Source of the DNA: Octopus sinensis
Lineage: Eukaryota
NCBI RefSeq assembly: GCF_006345805.1
Contig: NC_043000.1
Location: 140,616,001 to 140,680,000 of the forward strand
Direction: 5' to 3'
DNA length: 64,000 nucleotides
Shown here: positions 48,366 to 62,231 of the stretch, piece by piece
Position numbering within the stretch: the stretch's first letter is position 1
Layout: every line of letters starts with the position of its first letter
Made by a program: the position numbers and the translations under genes
Notes under the pieces: model-generated
Seen by the model: the letters and a program-made list of their open reading frames with translations, nothing else
Databases searched by the model: none
What the model was told of the DNA's origin: nothing

Positions 48366-51300
48366 GGGGACGGATGTGTCACCTTGTCTCTGCATCACAT
48401 GATGGTTGTAAACAAGTACCATCTAACGTACAAGTGGTTCATTCATTTCCAGTCTTCTGTAAAAATCATAGGGGAAACATTAACTCCTTTGAAGGCAGGT
48501 GAGGGTTGGTGAGAGGAAAGGTAGCCAGTTATAGAATATCTGCTCCAGCAAGTTCTGTCTGGCCCATGCAAGTATGGTGAAATGGATGTTGAAATGGCAA
48601 TGATAATTATGGTAGTGGTAGTAGTAGTAGTGGTGGTGGTGGTGGTGGGATTAATGGTGGTAATGAGGATGATGACAATAGCAACAATGATGGGGATAAT
48701 TATGATGTTCATACTCATGCACACACATATATAAACTTTGTTTTGACCAAAGATTGGTCCAGGCCATGTCTATTTTGCAATTTACTTAATCATTGACATT
48801 TTATTGTTATTTTAATATTAATATTTCTATTATATGTAATTTTCTAGATGGTGTAATTTAATTGTTCATTTTGAATTGATAAAAGGTGATTTTTTTTTTC
48901 TAATTTTTTATATATATATTATATTGTGTGAAATGTCATTTAGTATTTCTAAATTGAATTTTTTCCCTGTAAGTTTGGATTTATATTCCCTCAAATAATA
49001 ATTATATATATATATATATACACACATACAAGGAGCCTTCACACAGTTTCTGTCAGTCAATTTCAGTCACAAGACATATGAGATTAACATAAAATTTTAT
49101 ATCAAAAATATTATATGTGCATAGGTATGGATATTACAAAAATCAAGTTGAATCATAACGCATCTCAATTCTTGGTCACTTTTCTAGAAATAACTGTCAA
49201 ATCTACCTCAGTCACAGCATGTCATCTTAAAATAGCACAGCACATTAGATAATTCAGTTCTTTATACAGTATGGGTTGGTCATGGCTGGAATGTCTTTGA
49301 TAATACATTTGCTAAATCAGAACAGAGCTGGAGTTAAAGAACAGTAAAAGTATTCTTTTAAAGTCTAGCCATATAATGTATTTTGTTTCCCATAATACTT
49401 TATATTTAAACTGAAAATTATTATCACTTTTCAATGGCTTTCTTATATTGTCATAAATTCTTTCTAAAACTAAAATGACAGAGTTTTACATATTGTGTTT
49501 GAGATCAAAAATCTACAACATTCTGAAATGTCATAATCTACACTATCAAATCCATACTGGTTTTAATTCAATCTTCATTAATAAAATCATTTGTTGTAAT
49601 GTGTGCAGTATTTTATATAGAATTAACAAAAGCAAATTGATATAATTTTCCCATTTTACCTTGTCTTTAGCACAAAACAGAAGCCTACATCTATTGTTGT
49701 ATGATTTTCGTCAATATTCAGCAACCATAGTAAAAAGACAAGTTTAAATTGGATTTACTATCAATAAAGTCTTACCTAAAGATACACCACTAAACTAATT
49801 TGATTATCACTGAATGAAAATATTAATGTGATTTAAGATGATTTAAGGCATTTGTCAAGTGTAAAACTGAATATGTAAGTTTGATGTTTGCAATTAAATG
49901 TAAAGTAACATTTAAAATAATATGAACAAAAATATATAAACTTACTTGTATTCATGTTATAAATATGAAATGAATGAAAGACAAAAATGGAACCATTTTA
50001 ATAATTGTTAATATGCTGGTTGTCTATCATATCTGCTTATGTTACCAATATTACTATGACTGGTTTTAATTTTATTACTCTGTTATCATTTTAAATACCA
50101 CTAATACTTTGGAATTCATTTATTACCTAACTTTAATCTCAGTGATGGGTAACTAACCATCCAGAATCAATCCTATGTTATCAATAGAGTTTATACTTAT
50201 TAAATCTATCAATTGTGCAGAGATGAGTGGCAAAAATTAGGACATTCTCATCTGGATTTCAATCAACACCATTGTTCTAGCAACCAATAGTGTGATTGTT
50301 CCACTTTACTTCCTCAAAGGGAAAATCACTTAAAAGCAAACATTGTTATACCAGAAACACAAATGCTGTCATGTTCTTGAGACAAGTAACTAATTCAGCA
50401 CCTGCTACCTCAAGACTAAAATCAAGAATGTTCTGTAATTCTATAAGCAAAATCTTAAACAGCAATCCAGTAATGTGGGTCTGGCTAAGGCTCTCAATAA
50501 ATTTCTGCCAGGTCTTTTAAGTATAACAAGAAAGCAGTGAGCATAGCCAGGTCATAGCAGAACAGCAGCTAATCTGTCTTCATGTAAATACTGTAAAAAG
50601 CTTTATGGGTATCCCAACAAGGCAAACCATCTCATGATGCACTGTAGAGCCACTTTAATCCTAGAAGGATATTGAACAGTCTATGGAGATCATGAGGCTT
50701 AGATCAATTGCATTTCAGATGTAAATTTAGAGATATCAGCGACACCATACAAAACAATAAGTTTATCGAGCTGTTCTTTCCCGCAGCTCTAATTACATGT
50801 TCTAGTCACTAATAAACTTAAAAGCAAGTATTGAAATAATTAAAATAATATTAGTCATTGTGCTAATGTTGTCTTTCAGCACTGTATAAATATTTCTAAT
50901 TAGATTTTTTTGAAAGCTCTTTACATTAAATGTGTTAACACTGACTTAACTATTGGTTTTCGTGCACAGAGATTCTCTGATTAATTAACATTAGTGATTT
51001 AATTTTTAAACAACTACTGAGCATTGTTGATTATGCTTCATAAACCCAGACAATAATGAAACATGGCATAGCTGGGATACCACTTCTTTGTTTATGTTTG
51101 TCAGGGTTACTTAATAACAATAATCTCCCACCATAAACATTAAAGAAATCTTTTATGAATACCCTCCATTATCTGTCTAGCAACTGTGGATGCAAACATG
51201 GTTAAATGCTAATGAATTTCTATTCAAAATCATGAGATCTTGGGTTTGATCCTGTGATTTTGCAAATGTCTCTTACTAAAGCATCAGATCGACACAAGTA

Positions 51301-51614
51301 TTGCAAGTAAAACTGAGTAGATGGAACCTGTCTCGGAGTTTGTTGGATGGATTCTGTTTTTAAATCAAAGGCCCAACTTGACTGCACACTTTGTCATTCT
51401 GAAAACTATATTAAGATTACACATGTCTGAAATAATCTGCTATTTATAAATTAATTAATTTATTGAGTAGGTAGTTGAGTTGATCAAAATGTTGAATGCA
51501 CATTAGCAACACTGATATCATCATCATCATAATCAAATGTACATGCATATAAACTCCAATGGATAAAGTATATTGCTATCCTAAAAGGTCGTACTACTAC
51601 TACTACTACTACTA

Positions 51615-51645
<31 letters not shown>

Positions 51646-52054
51646 ACAGCAATATCATTTACGATGCTTAAGAAAATTAAGCTAATAATAATGAAGCTGA
51701 ATCAAGACATTTAAGTACCCCATCTTATAAATTAGGCTATTTCATTTGTAACACCAGATCAACTGCAAGTAAGTAAGCCTATAATCAAAGGCCTTCCAGC
51801 CATGACCATGAGGATTTTCAATACATCAAAAACTACATAATCCAACGTATCATTTCCATTTTAGGTTAATTAGTTGTGATTTGAATGAGATTTCGTTACA
51901 ATTGTGTGTGTGTGTGTGTGTGTATGTACATGTGCATATCTATGCTAAGATTTGCACTGGTTAACAAGTATTGTGCATGTCACATTCCTTTATGTTTCAT
52001 AATCTAACATTTTGGTTAGTGTGGATAGATAAAATACACATCAGACTTGAATAT

Positions 52055-52250
52055 CATCATCATCATCATCATCATCGTTTAGCGTCCGTTTTCCATGCTA
52101 GCATGGGTTGGACGGTTCTACTGGGGTCTGTGAAGCCAGGAGGCTTCATCAGGCCCAGTCAAATCTGGCAGTGTTTCTACGGCTGGATGCCCTTCCTAAC
52201 GCCAACCACTCCGTGAGTGTAGTGGGTGCTTTTTACGTGCCACCCGCACA
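52055..52250 (-). mobile_element. Family C variant
   Basis: Matches 36249-36440. Confidence 0.85.
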
Positions 52251-52344
52251 GCAATATTAATATTTATTCAAGAGATCACTATGACTGACTGGAATCCTTG
52301 AAGATCCACTGTTCAGTGACTGGAACCTCAAATATAGGTATACA

Positions 52345-52535
52345 CACATACAAGGAATCTAATGCTCTTAGCTTAGTTTTTCCTTGGGGCTGGTCAGATT
52401 GGAGCAATCTCGAGTATAACCAGCCGAAATTGCAAAGATAATCTGGAACTCGACTAAGGAAAGAAAGCTCCAAATGACCCGTCCTTGTATCTTTGTATCG
52501 TCTATCTGGATGTTTTGCGTTCTTGTCCCATTTTG
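52345..52535 (+). mobile_element. Family H (TA)n-anchored element
   Basis: Reverse-complement match to 14058-14250. Confidence 0.7.
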
Positions 52536-53569
52536 TATTTATATTTCTATATATATATATATGTAGTGTCGTACATACACTTTCATCTCATATATATATA
52601 TATATATATAACATAGACTATATCAAACAGAATCAACTTGAGCAAGGTAATCTTTCTCAAAGCTAATTCTTGAGAAGATTTAAGTTCAGTATGTTAAGCT
52701 AACAAAGCACTTTAGTTATACAATGCTCTTATAATGTTTACTTGAAATCTGAGACAGTTGCTTAGATTAAAGCTATTACCATCAAGAAAATAGACCTATA
52801 AGATAAGAACGGTAGATATTTGATGAAGAAGAAGATGGGGACGGTGATGAGGAGGAGACAGGTAACAGAAAAAAAATATATATATATAGGGGATATTATT
52901 TGTTGTGGTAAACTGAAACCAAAGATGAACTATAACTATAAATTTGAAAATAGTCTATAGCCATATTAAAAAAAAGTCATCTTTTACTTTGTAATTTTTT
53001 TTTATCAAACTAGTGTTTTCCATAACTGAAACTATTTCAATTCAATTTCTACAACTGATTATATCCCTGTACATTTCTTGTAAAATTTTATAATATTGCA
53101 TACCTCTCTTAAACAGCATAACTGCTAATTTGGAAACATTGAAGACTAAATATTTTGAATAATCACTGACATGTTCACTTCCTAGAGTATTATCATACGC
53201 AAAGAATGTGATTAGAAAAACACAGAATGGACAAAAAGTAAAGAACAAAATATCTGCTATTAAATATGTACTGTAAGGCAATCGAAAGTCCATAATTATT
53301 TCAATAATTCTTTTACTCTTCAACTTGAAAATATTCATATGTATATTCACTAATATATATGTATATGTATATATGTATATTCACTAATATATATGTATAT
53401 GTATATTCACTAATATATATATATATATAAATATATGTGTGTGTGTGTGTATATACATATATATGTATATGTATATATAAAATTGAAGGATAAAATCATG
53501 TTAATGATTATATCAGCTACTCAGCATGAAATAGATACTTATAGTTAATTTATATATTAAATTAATAAT

Positions 53570-53627
<58 letters not shown>

Positions 53628-53650
53628 AATATATGTTTAATCTTGGCGTA

Positions 53651-53719
53651 CCTCTTGATGAAGACTTCACATAGCAAATTATTTTATTTGCTAAAATAAG
53701 TCAGAAACCATGGTCCAGG
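53651..53719 (+). ncRNA. Type I hammerhead ribozyme relic within a (TA)n-flanked element (~53625-53860)
   Basis: CCTC-TTGATGA-A-GACTT...TAGCAAAT/ATTTGCTA...AAGTC-A-GAAA-C-CATG-G-TC-CAGG; C3 mutated. Confidence 0.7.
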
Positions 53720-53860
53720 AAATAGATGGTAAATGTTTTTGTTTTTCATTCCCTTCGAGAATTTATCCCTAATTAGTGGTTTGGACTTTAGCTGTTCTTT
53801 CTAGCGTAAGGGATTCCTATGACAGAAACCTATTAATGTGTTTAAGTGTACACTGTATCT

Positions 53861-53907
<47 letters not shown>

Positions 53908-54004
53908 TGAATCTGACAAAGAAGAACAAACACGAAAAAACAACAATGCGAGGATGTGGTACAGGTACAATGTTATTAGATGCTCAGGAAAGGAAAGAAA
54001 GAGG

Positions 54005-54039
54005 ATTTTACATTCCGAGCAAAGCTCTTCATCAGAAAT
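54005..54039 (-). ncRNA. Minimal hammerhead relic within a (TA)n-flanked element (~53905-54110)
   Basis: ATTT-CTGATGA-A-GAGC-TTT-GCTC-GGAA-TG-TA-AAAT; two substitutions from GAAA-CG-TA. Confidence 0.65.
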
Positions 54040-54111
54040 ATAGGAAAGGCCAAAGAAGGGAAGACGGAGGAAGAAAATTGTCAACGATATACACATGGTT
54101 ACATTCTGAAA

Positions 54112-54305
54112 TATATATGTGTGTATGTGTACATGTTTGTGTGTCTGTGTTTGTCCCCCACCCTCAACACCAGTTCAGCAAAAGAGACCAATAGAATAAA
54201 CACGGAGCTTACAAAGAATAAGTCCTGGGGTCGATTTGCTCGACTAAAGGCAGTGCTCAAGAATGGCTGCAGTCAAATGACTGAAACAAGTAAAAGAATA
54301 CAAGA
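54112..54305 (+). mobile_element. Family A 3' half
   Basis: Body and tail. Confidence 0.85.
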
Positions 54306-54631
54306 ATACAAGAATAAATCCTAAAAAGTCAGGAGATATGAAAGGTAAATATATTTATATAACAACTAAGGGCCTGAGAACATGACACCTTGTTAGAGCT
54401 TGTGCCATGAGAAGAGCATCCAATATACTCTGTAAAGAGATTGATATTAGGAAGGTGGTCTAGTTTGAGACAAGCAAGATGTGGTCTTTCTGGCCTGCAT
54501 AACTGAGCAATATCCTTAAAATTGTGCTGATTTTGAATGTGGGTGACTAATGCAAAGTTGATGGCACATGATAAAGATATTATACATGTGAGTGTGCATG
54601 TAAGAGAGACAGAGAGAGAGTTGTACGCTTG

Positions 54632-54899
54632 CTTTACTCTTTTTTTACTCTTTTACTTGTTTCAGTCATTTGACTGTGGCCATGCTGGAGCACTGCCTTT
54701 AGTTGAGCAAATCGATCCCAGGACTTATTCTTTGTAAGCCTAGTACTTATTCTATCAGTCTCTTTTGCTGAACCGCTATGTTACAGGGATGTAAGCAGCA
54801 TCAGTTGTCAAGCAATGTTGGTGGGACAAACATATATATGTATATATATGTGTATATATATATATATATTATATATATATATACATATATATATATATG

Positions 54900-54943
<44 letters not shown>

Positions 54944-55114
54944 TATATATGACAGGCTTCTTTCAGTTTCCATCTACCAAATCCACTCACAAGGCTATTG
55001 TCGGCCCGAGGCTATAGAAGAAGACACTTGCCCAAGGTGCCACACAGTGGGACTGAACCCAGAACCATGTGGTTGGTAAGTAAGCTACTTACCACACAAC
55101 CACTCCTACGCCTA
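54632..55114 (-). mobile_element. Family A SINE with expanded internal TA tract
   Basis: Full length. Confidence 0.9.
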
Positions 55115-55276
55115 TAATAGAAAGTTAGAAAGATATGTCTTCATTTTTATTTGTATTTGCAGCTACAGGTATTTCCCCAATTCTTCTTTTTTCATATAAT
55201 ATTAAATTTTTGCATTAGCAAAGTGAATTACTTGTAAGAAAGGAATATAGTCAATGAAAGTGATCCCAGTACATAC

Positions 55277-55337
55277 CTGATGATTATGTTCATAGCACAA
55301 GTAATGACCTTGACCATGACAGTATGAAACAAGAACA
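55277..55337 (-). other. Candidate 61-nt exon
   Basis: ACATTCCTCAG|...CATCAG|GTATGT; two frames are open. Confidence 0.25.
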
Positions 55338-56744
55338 CTGAGGAATGTGTCTATATATATGTAACCATTCTGTTTGGTGTTCTATCATTTTTCTAAAAAT
55401 TAATATCTCTCTTTTACCTGAAGGTATCAAAAAAAAAAAATTTGGAAAATAAAACCTCTTCTACTGATTAATATCAATTGTCTTGTATTTTTTCTGTTTC
55501 ATTTCGTTTTTGACTATATAACATCAACAACAGAAGAAGGGTTGATACATTTGAGAATTTTGACGAAAATTATCAATGAAATAGTTTTGAAATAATAAAA
55601 TATTGGAATATTTTGCATTGAATTAATTTTAATAATTTTTTTAATTACATTGCAGTTTTTGAAGAAATTATTAGTATTTCCAGCAGAGTATTTTTAATAA
55701 CATTTTTCCCCCCACTATTTTTAATTAGAAAGGCAATTTAATTTGATGCAGGTTAATAATTATAAAACATTTCATTCTTCATGGCCTAGTTTTACAGTTT
55801 GTTTTTTATTCTTTGGTGTGAGGGAAGGGTATTATTGCCATAGTCTTTTTATATTCTTCTAGACTGAAGAATCAACATAATTAGATGAGGTTAGTAATTA
55901 ATTGGAAAATAAGGTCAGAGTTTGAAAACAATTGGCATGAAGCAAGCTTGAGAGGGATTAGCTTAAGGAAAGATATTCCATACATATGTGATGACCTGGC
56001 AGAGTCATTAGTATATCAAAACTAATGCCTTGTGGCATTCATTCTGACTTTCTGAGTTCAAATTTCACCGAGGTCAACCTAACTTTCCATCTATTGGGAG
56101 TCACCAAAAATGTACCAACTCAGGGCAGTGATTTAACGAAAATGAATGCCTTGTAGGGTTTGTTCTAGCTCTTGGTATTTTGATTTCAAATCCCATTGAA
56201 GTTTACAAGTGTTGTAAACTTAATTTGTCAGCTAGTTTAACACTGCTTCTTGACTTCTTGGTTGCCGTTAGCATAGCCCGTTTAGGCAAGTTCTCCAATA
56301 TAAGTATACTTTGCTTCCTCCTACCATGATTAGAGTACCTGTAGAAAGTTGTAAGTATTTCCTTACTTTCTGACAAAAAGATTTTAAAAAATTATTGGAG
56401 ATGGAGAGATAAGGAACTCCTCAAATAGTTTCCAATGATGACGATGGTTCTTTGCATCCTTCTTGAATGTGGGTATTATACTTACACATTTCCAGTCCTA
56501 TGGAACATCACCAACCTCTCCATAATTCCAGTAAAAACTAGTAGACAGCATCAAATAAGTTTGACTTATAAATTTTTGCACTTCTGCTGAGATCTCATCC
56601 AGTTCAGAATTTTATATTTGAGACTCACATGGCTGCAAACAACACATTCTCTACATTTGGTAGATCATTCCTTGACACAATGCCAATATGAAGTGTCACA
56701 TTTTCCAGAGTTTCATGCTGTATGTACCCTTGATATACATACAT

Positions 56745-57297
56745 ACATGGTGGCTGCCTCCTCGTTATCAAGCATGGTCATTGCACGAAGCTTAATCGAT
56801 GTTGTTATCGTGCAATGCCTGTGCAAGAAGATTTTTTTTAAGTGAGGAAAGGCTGTGCACTGAGTCAATCCCACTCACTAAGCAACAGCAGCCATAATCC
56901 GAAAAGAAGGAGTCAACATCATCGGTAACCACTGAGCCGCAGGTTTTATGTCGGAGTTATCCCAGTTACCTGAGTTACCTTCTCCTAGAAGGATGCCCTA
57001 ACAAAGGCTAGGAGTCCTTCACTCCCAATGGTTTAACCACGCGATCGGGTATTCAGTCCGATTATTTCTATGTCCCTGCACATGATACAGCCTTAAGACA
57101 TTTATTGGATAGCTGTTGACTCTTAAGAGTTCCTCTGCCCTTTGACAGATTTTGTTTTTCATCCAGCAGGGTGTCCAAAAATCCCCCTCCTCACCAAGCA
57201 AGCTTGGTGGGGTTGCCGGTTTAGTCGCAGACGACCCGACCATGCAACAGGTTGTACTGGGTTACATGTTACCAGTAGCACTCGAAAGTGACCTGAC
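56745..57297 (-). mobile_element. RTE-derived non-autonomous element (5' UTR-like, ~550 bp) flanked by (ATGT)n
   Basis: CATCCTTCTAGGAGAAGGTAACTC...TAAAACC resembles an RTE 5' UTR motif (from memory); GC-rich; no ORF. Confidence 0.6.
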
Positions 57298-58037
57298 ATA
57301 AACATACATACATACAGATAGACAGACAGACAGAGTCAGACAAGAAAAAGTGAAAACAGTATATACCATCATAGAGGTCAGCTGTCCTGCTGATGTGAAT
57401 ATCTCTTAGCAAATCAAAGCGAAAGAGAATAACTATGGACAACTGCATCAGAACCTCCTGTTTCTATATCCAGATTGTAAATTCACATTTATACCAATAA
57501 TTTTGTATATAAATGCCTAAGTGACAATCTAGATAAGCTAGGCTTTCAGAAAAAGGAATTAACCAACTAACTTACAGATTATAAATACAATATGTATGTG
57601 GAAGAGAGGAAATGTGCAAGACTTTTCTCAAGTTTAAAATGTGACATCGTTTTTGTTATCTACATCCTCCAAAATAGAGAGCTTTCTATCTTTGTTAGAA
57701 GCCAACTTATTCCTTATATGATGAATTTGAATAATTAGAAACAGAAGAGAACTTGCTTACATGTATATAAGATGCATATAAAAATGTTAAGAATGTATGT
57801 GTACAAACCTTGTACATAGAAACTGAAAGAGTGTAGTGCTATCAACATACAAGCAAAAGTGAGTTTAGAGATGACAGCGAGTAGGTTGTTGATGTCAAGC
57901 AGACAGACTTTTGATAAAAAAGAAAAAATAACTGATCTCTGGAGTTTGTCTTACATGAAAGATTAGAAGATAGATAGAATGAAGTACCATAATTGTAAAT
58001 TTACTATTCAGTTGGTAAGTAATACATAAGGTGCTTA

Positions 58038-58261
58038 TCTCTTTTACTCTTTTACTTGTTTCAGTCATTTGACTGCGGCCATGCTGGAGCACTGCCTTTA
58101 ATCGAGCAACTCGACCCCGGAACTTATTCTTTTGTAAGCCCAGTACTTATTCTATCGGTCTCTTTTGCCGAACAGCAAAGTAACGGGGACGTAAACACAC
58201 CAGCATCGGTTGTCAAGCAATGCTAGGGGGACAAATACAGACACACAAACACACACACGCA

Positions 58262-58293
<32 letters not shown>

Positions 58294-58466
58294 AATATAT
58301 ACGACGGGCTTCTTTCAGTTTCCGTCTACCAAATCCACTCACAAGGCTTTGGTCGGCCTGAGGCTATAGTAGAAGACACTTGCCCAAGATGCCACGCAGT
58401 GGGAATGAACCCGGAACCATGTGGTTGGTAAGCAAGCTCTTACCACACAGCCACTCCTGCGCCTAT
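58038..58466 (-). mobile_element. Family A SINE
   Basis: Full length. Confidence 0.9.
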
Positions 58467-59247
58467 AGACAAGATTTCTCAGTAGATTTTCAGACTAAAC
58501 AAGTCCAAGGATTTTAATGATATCAAAAGTAAAAACTTTGCTTCTTTTCAATTCATCAGGAATAAAAGCAGTGGATATGCAGTGGTGTCTTAAGAAATTG
58601 GTACACTATGTAGTAGTCCTTGTGCCTCATAAGCTTTTGGAGCCCAATTCTGATTTATGTATTCTGTGCCTTGCTGTCAATAAATACAATAGGGCCCAAT
58701 ACATTGATTTTCTCAAGAGCATATAATACCACCAAGATGGCCCTGCAAATGTGTAATAGAGAAGCATTGGTATTCAATGAACTTGGCTTTATAAAAATTA
58801 TAAAAGTGATGACTAAGAAAATATTTTCAAGTAGTTTATGAGATGAACACTTGGAACTCTTCTACTACGTTAAAGATGTTGGATGTAGGAGTAGTAATTA
58901 GCAAGATCAGAAAGATGAATTTTCCTTTAGAATTTATCAATTTCTTGGCTGATTTAAATATCTCAGGATAAACTTCTATTTCCAGAGCAGTATTTAAAAG
59001 TTATAGAAGAGGTAACTTGGCCAATTCCAAAACGCCTGATGGATAACTTGCTCCCTTACTTTTGGAGCTACTGGAAAGAGACATGGGAAGTAACCCTAAT
59101 TTTCTGACTAAACAATATAAATAAAATAACTTAGAGGTGGTTTGAAGCACTTTTCAAAATTGCCATCTTGTTATAAATTAGAGACTGGACCTGATATGCT
59201 CTTTAATTATGTATCGAATTTATAAAATATTATTATGTATCTTGATA

Positions 59248-59469
59248 AGGCAATAAACTGGCAGGATTGTTAGCACATCAGACAAAATGCTTAACAGAAT
59301 TTCTTCTGGTTCTTTACATTCTGAGTTCAAATTCTACCAAGGTCGACTTTGCTTTCCCTCATTTTGGGGACGGGGTAGGTAAAACAAGAACCAGTTGGGC
59401 ACCAGAGCAAATGTAACTGACTTGCCTCCACCTGCCAAATTTCAGGCTTGTGCCTGTAATAGAAAGAAT
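59248..59469 (+). mobile_element. Family B SINE, old
   Basis: TTCTGAGTTCAAATTC...GGTCGACTTTGC core. Confidence 0.7.
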
Positions 59470-60665
59470 CATCTTATGTCTCAATGAGAGTTCTTGACCG
59501 AAATCTCAATTTAGTATTACACATATATTTTGGGTTAGTAGATGTTTATCGGTCATATTATTGATTGTCCAGGATGAAATCTGATGTGTGGACTGCCTCT
59601 TTTCAAACCTAATCAACATCAGTCTGCAGCAATTGATTCCAATAAATGGAGTTAATAACATCTTTAAAAAATTATTATCAAAAGAAAAAGATGTTTTTAA
59701 TCTCTAATGAATATTTTTTTTTCTTATAAATATTCGTATTTTTAGCTTTAGAGCTTCAGGTAGAATTAAAATGGAAGCTAACTGACCTGAATGACTACAT
59801 GCAAAATTTCCATACATTAGATTTGCAGTAATTTGATTAATAAAGGTAATTTTGATAACACAGTCATTAATATGATTAATTCTAGTTGGTAAGATAATGA
59901 AAGGTAAGAGACAATTATTATTCATTATACCCAGGTACTCATTTATGATTTCATCAGTAAAAGGGATCATCATCAATACCACCTCCATCACTCTCGCTGC
60001 CACCGCTACCACCAACACAGCCATCACTACTACCACTGCCACTACTGCTACCGACACCACCACCACTACCACCATCACCAATATCTTCCTCTTCATCATC
60101 ATCGCTGCAGAGGTTATACTTTCTTTCCAGGACTTACATGGCTTGGAGGGATAATTGATACAGAATTTCCCCAATCTTTTATCATCTTCCTTTCCATTTC
60201 TTAGTCAGAGATGGAAGAGAAATACACTTGATCACTTTCAGGGCCTCTGTAACTGGTGGAAAGAAGAATAAATGTTATGCCTGGGCCAGAAATTTGGCCT
60301 GAACAGAATTTGGCTTGCAACAGAATTTTGGCTAAATTCACCCCAAAATCAGGTAGTGTTTTTATATCAGGCACTGAATCAAGTCTACCATCCAAGAACT
60401 GATTTAGTTTATTTTGTGCTCTTAGTTCTGTCAACCAAGTACCATTCTTAAGGTTTTGGTCATCAAGTCTTTGATAAAGACATTTGCTTAACTTGATGTG
60501 AAGGGAATCAAACTTGAAGCTACATAGTTGTGAGTCAAACATCTTAACCACACAGCCATACACATGGTGGCTAAAATGTCATTTTTTGTACATTTATGAT
60601 GCAGTCAATCATTCTTTTCCACTGTATCTAGAACAGAGTATTAGTTCTTTTCTACTCTGGGTACA

Positions 60666-60837
60666 AGGCTCAAAATTTCGGAGGAGGTGCCAGTCAATTA
60701 GATCAACCCCAGTATGCAACTGGTACTTAATTTATCGACCCCAAAAGGATGAAAGGCAAAGTCGACCTCGGCAGAATTTGAACTCAGAACATAAAGATAG
60801 ATGAAATACTACTAAGCATTTCACCTGGTATGCTAAG
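60666..60837 (-). mobile_element. Family B SINE, partial
   Basis: Core alignable. Confidence 0.8.
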
Positions 60838-60889
60838 AGGTTTTTGTCCTTCTTTTGTTTTTCAAGGTACTTAGTGATTCTATTGGGGA

Positions 60890-61130
60890 TGATTTCATAT
60901 AAAAAGCACTGGTACTGATACCACATAAAAAGCGCTGGTGCCACACAAAAGACACCAGTACCCTCTGTAAAGTGGTTGGTGTAAGGAAGGGCACCCAGCT
61001 ATAGAAACCATGCCAAAACAGACAATGAAACCTGGTATCGCTTCTGGTCTTGCCAGCTTCTGGCCTTGCCAGCTCCTGTCAAATTGTCTAACCCATGCCA
61101 GCATGGAAAACAAATATTAAATGATGATAA
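60890..61130 (+). mobile_element. Family C repeat, diverged
   Basis: Core and tail alignable. Confidence 0.75.
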
Positions 61131-61531
61131 TATTTCCTTACTTTTAAACGTTATTATTTTCGTTTTCTTTTCCCTCAATATTGTTAAGTTGGCCTACTCA
61201 ACACCTTTGAACTAATGACAAAAGAGTTAATGGCTCATTTCCTAGCACTGGTATGTCATTGCACTTTAAATGGATTGCCCAACTCAATGGAATCTTTGAG
61301 CTAATGGTTCATGTCTTAGTACTGCTTCTGTACGATACTATAATTAAAGCATGGTTTATTAAAGTTTTTTGAGAAATATAACATCATATACTGGAAGTAT
61401 ATTTTTCTTACTACAAATGCAAATTGCACAATATTTGATCTTACTCTTTTGCATAATACTAATAATATTGATCCAGTAATTAGAAGCTTCTTTAATTTTT
61501 CCTCCATACAAATAAAACCGATGCTGCTATA

Positions 61532-61741
61532 TACTCTTTACTCTTTTACTTGTTTCAGTCATTTGACTGTGGTCATGCTGGAGCACCGCCTTTAGTCGAG
61601 CAAATCGACCCCGGGACTTATTCTTTGTAAGCCCAGTACTTATTCCATCGGTCTCTTTTGCCGAACCGCTCGGTGACGGGGACGTAAACACACCAGCATC
61701 GGTTGTTAAGCAATGCTAGGGGGACAAACACAGACACACAA

Positions 61742-61774
<33 letters not shown>

Positions 61775-61948
61775 CATATATACGACAGGCTTCTTTCAGT
61801 TTCCGTCTATCAAATCCACTCACAAGGCATTGGTCGGCCCGGGGCTATAGCAGAAGACACTTGCCCAAGATGCCACGCAGTGGGACTGAACCCAGAACCA
61901 TGTGGTTGGCTAGCAAGCTACTTACCACACAGCCACTCCTGCGCCTAT
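61532..61948 (-). mobile_element. Family A SINE, young subfamily
   Basis: Near-identical to 63569-63991 and 31301-31728. Confidence 0.9.
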
Positions 61949-62231
61949 GTGTCACTGAAAATGATAACTCTCTTTTTATTAATCAGATTTGAAACTGGGA
62001 AAGAGCCTCAATGTTGGTGCAATAGTATAATGGATAAGTTCATAAAGAGAGGCATAGAAAGTGAGAAGTAAAAGGAAAACAGTGAGTAGCTAAGCAGAGA
62101 GTTAAGTTTCAGGTTCAAATAATCTGGAAGAAATTAGCATGACAGAAATTTGCCAAAGTAGTCCATTGAACCCATGCGATTGGATGAATCACAATGCTCT
62201 TAACTGAAGTCTCTTTCCCCACCACACATGT

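Noticed and set aside
57180-57297. HDV-like or twister ribozyme at the 5' end of the RTE-derived element
   Set aside because: CTAA, AAGC and GAGGAGGG motifs are suggestive, but P1/P2/P3 spacing and P1 pairing could not be satisfied by eye; left as an open computational test
58500-59200. Possible decayed LINE RT (also 50200-50750)
   Set aside because: Looks like old coding sequence, but I could not identify a diagnostic motif with confidence
60201-60563. 120-aa minus-strand ORF
   Set aside because: Starts within a decayed SINE head; no recognisable domain
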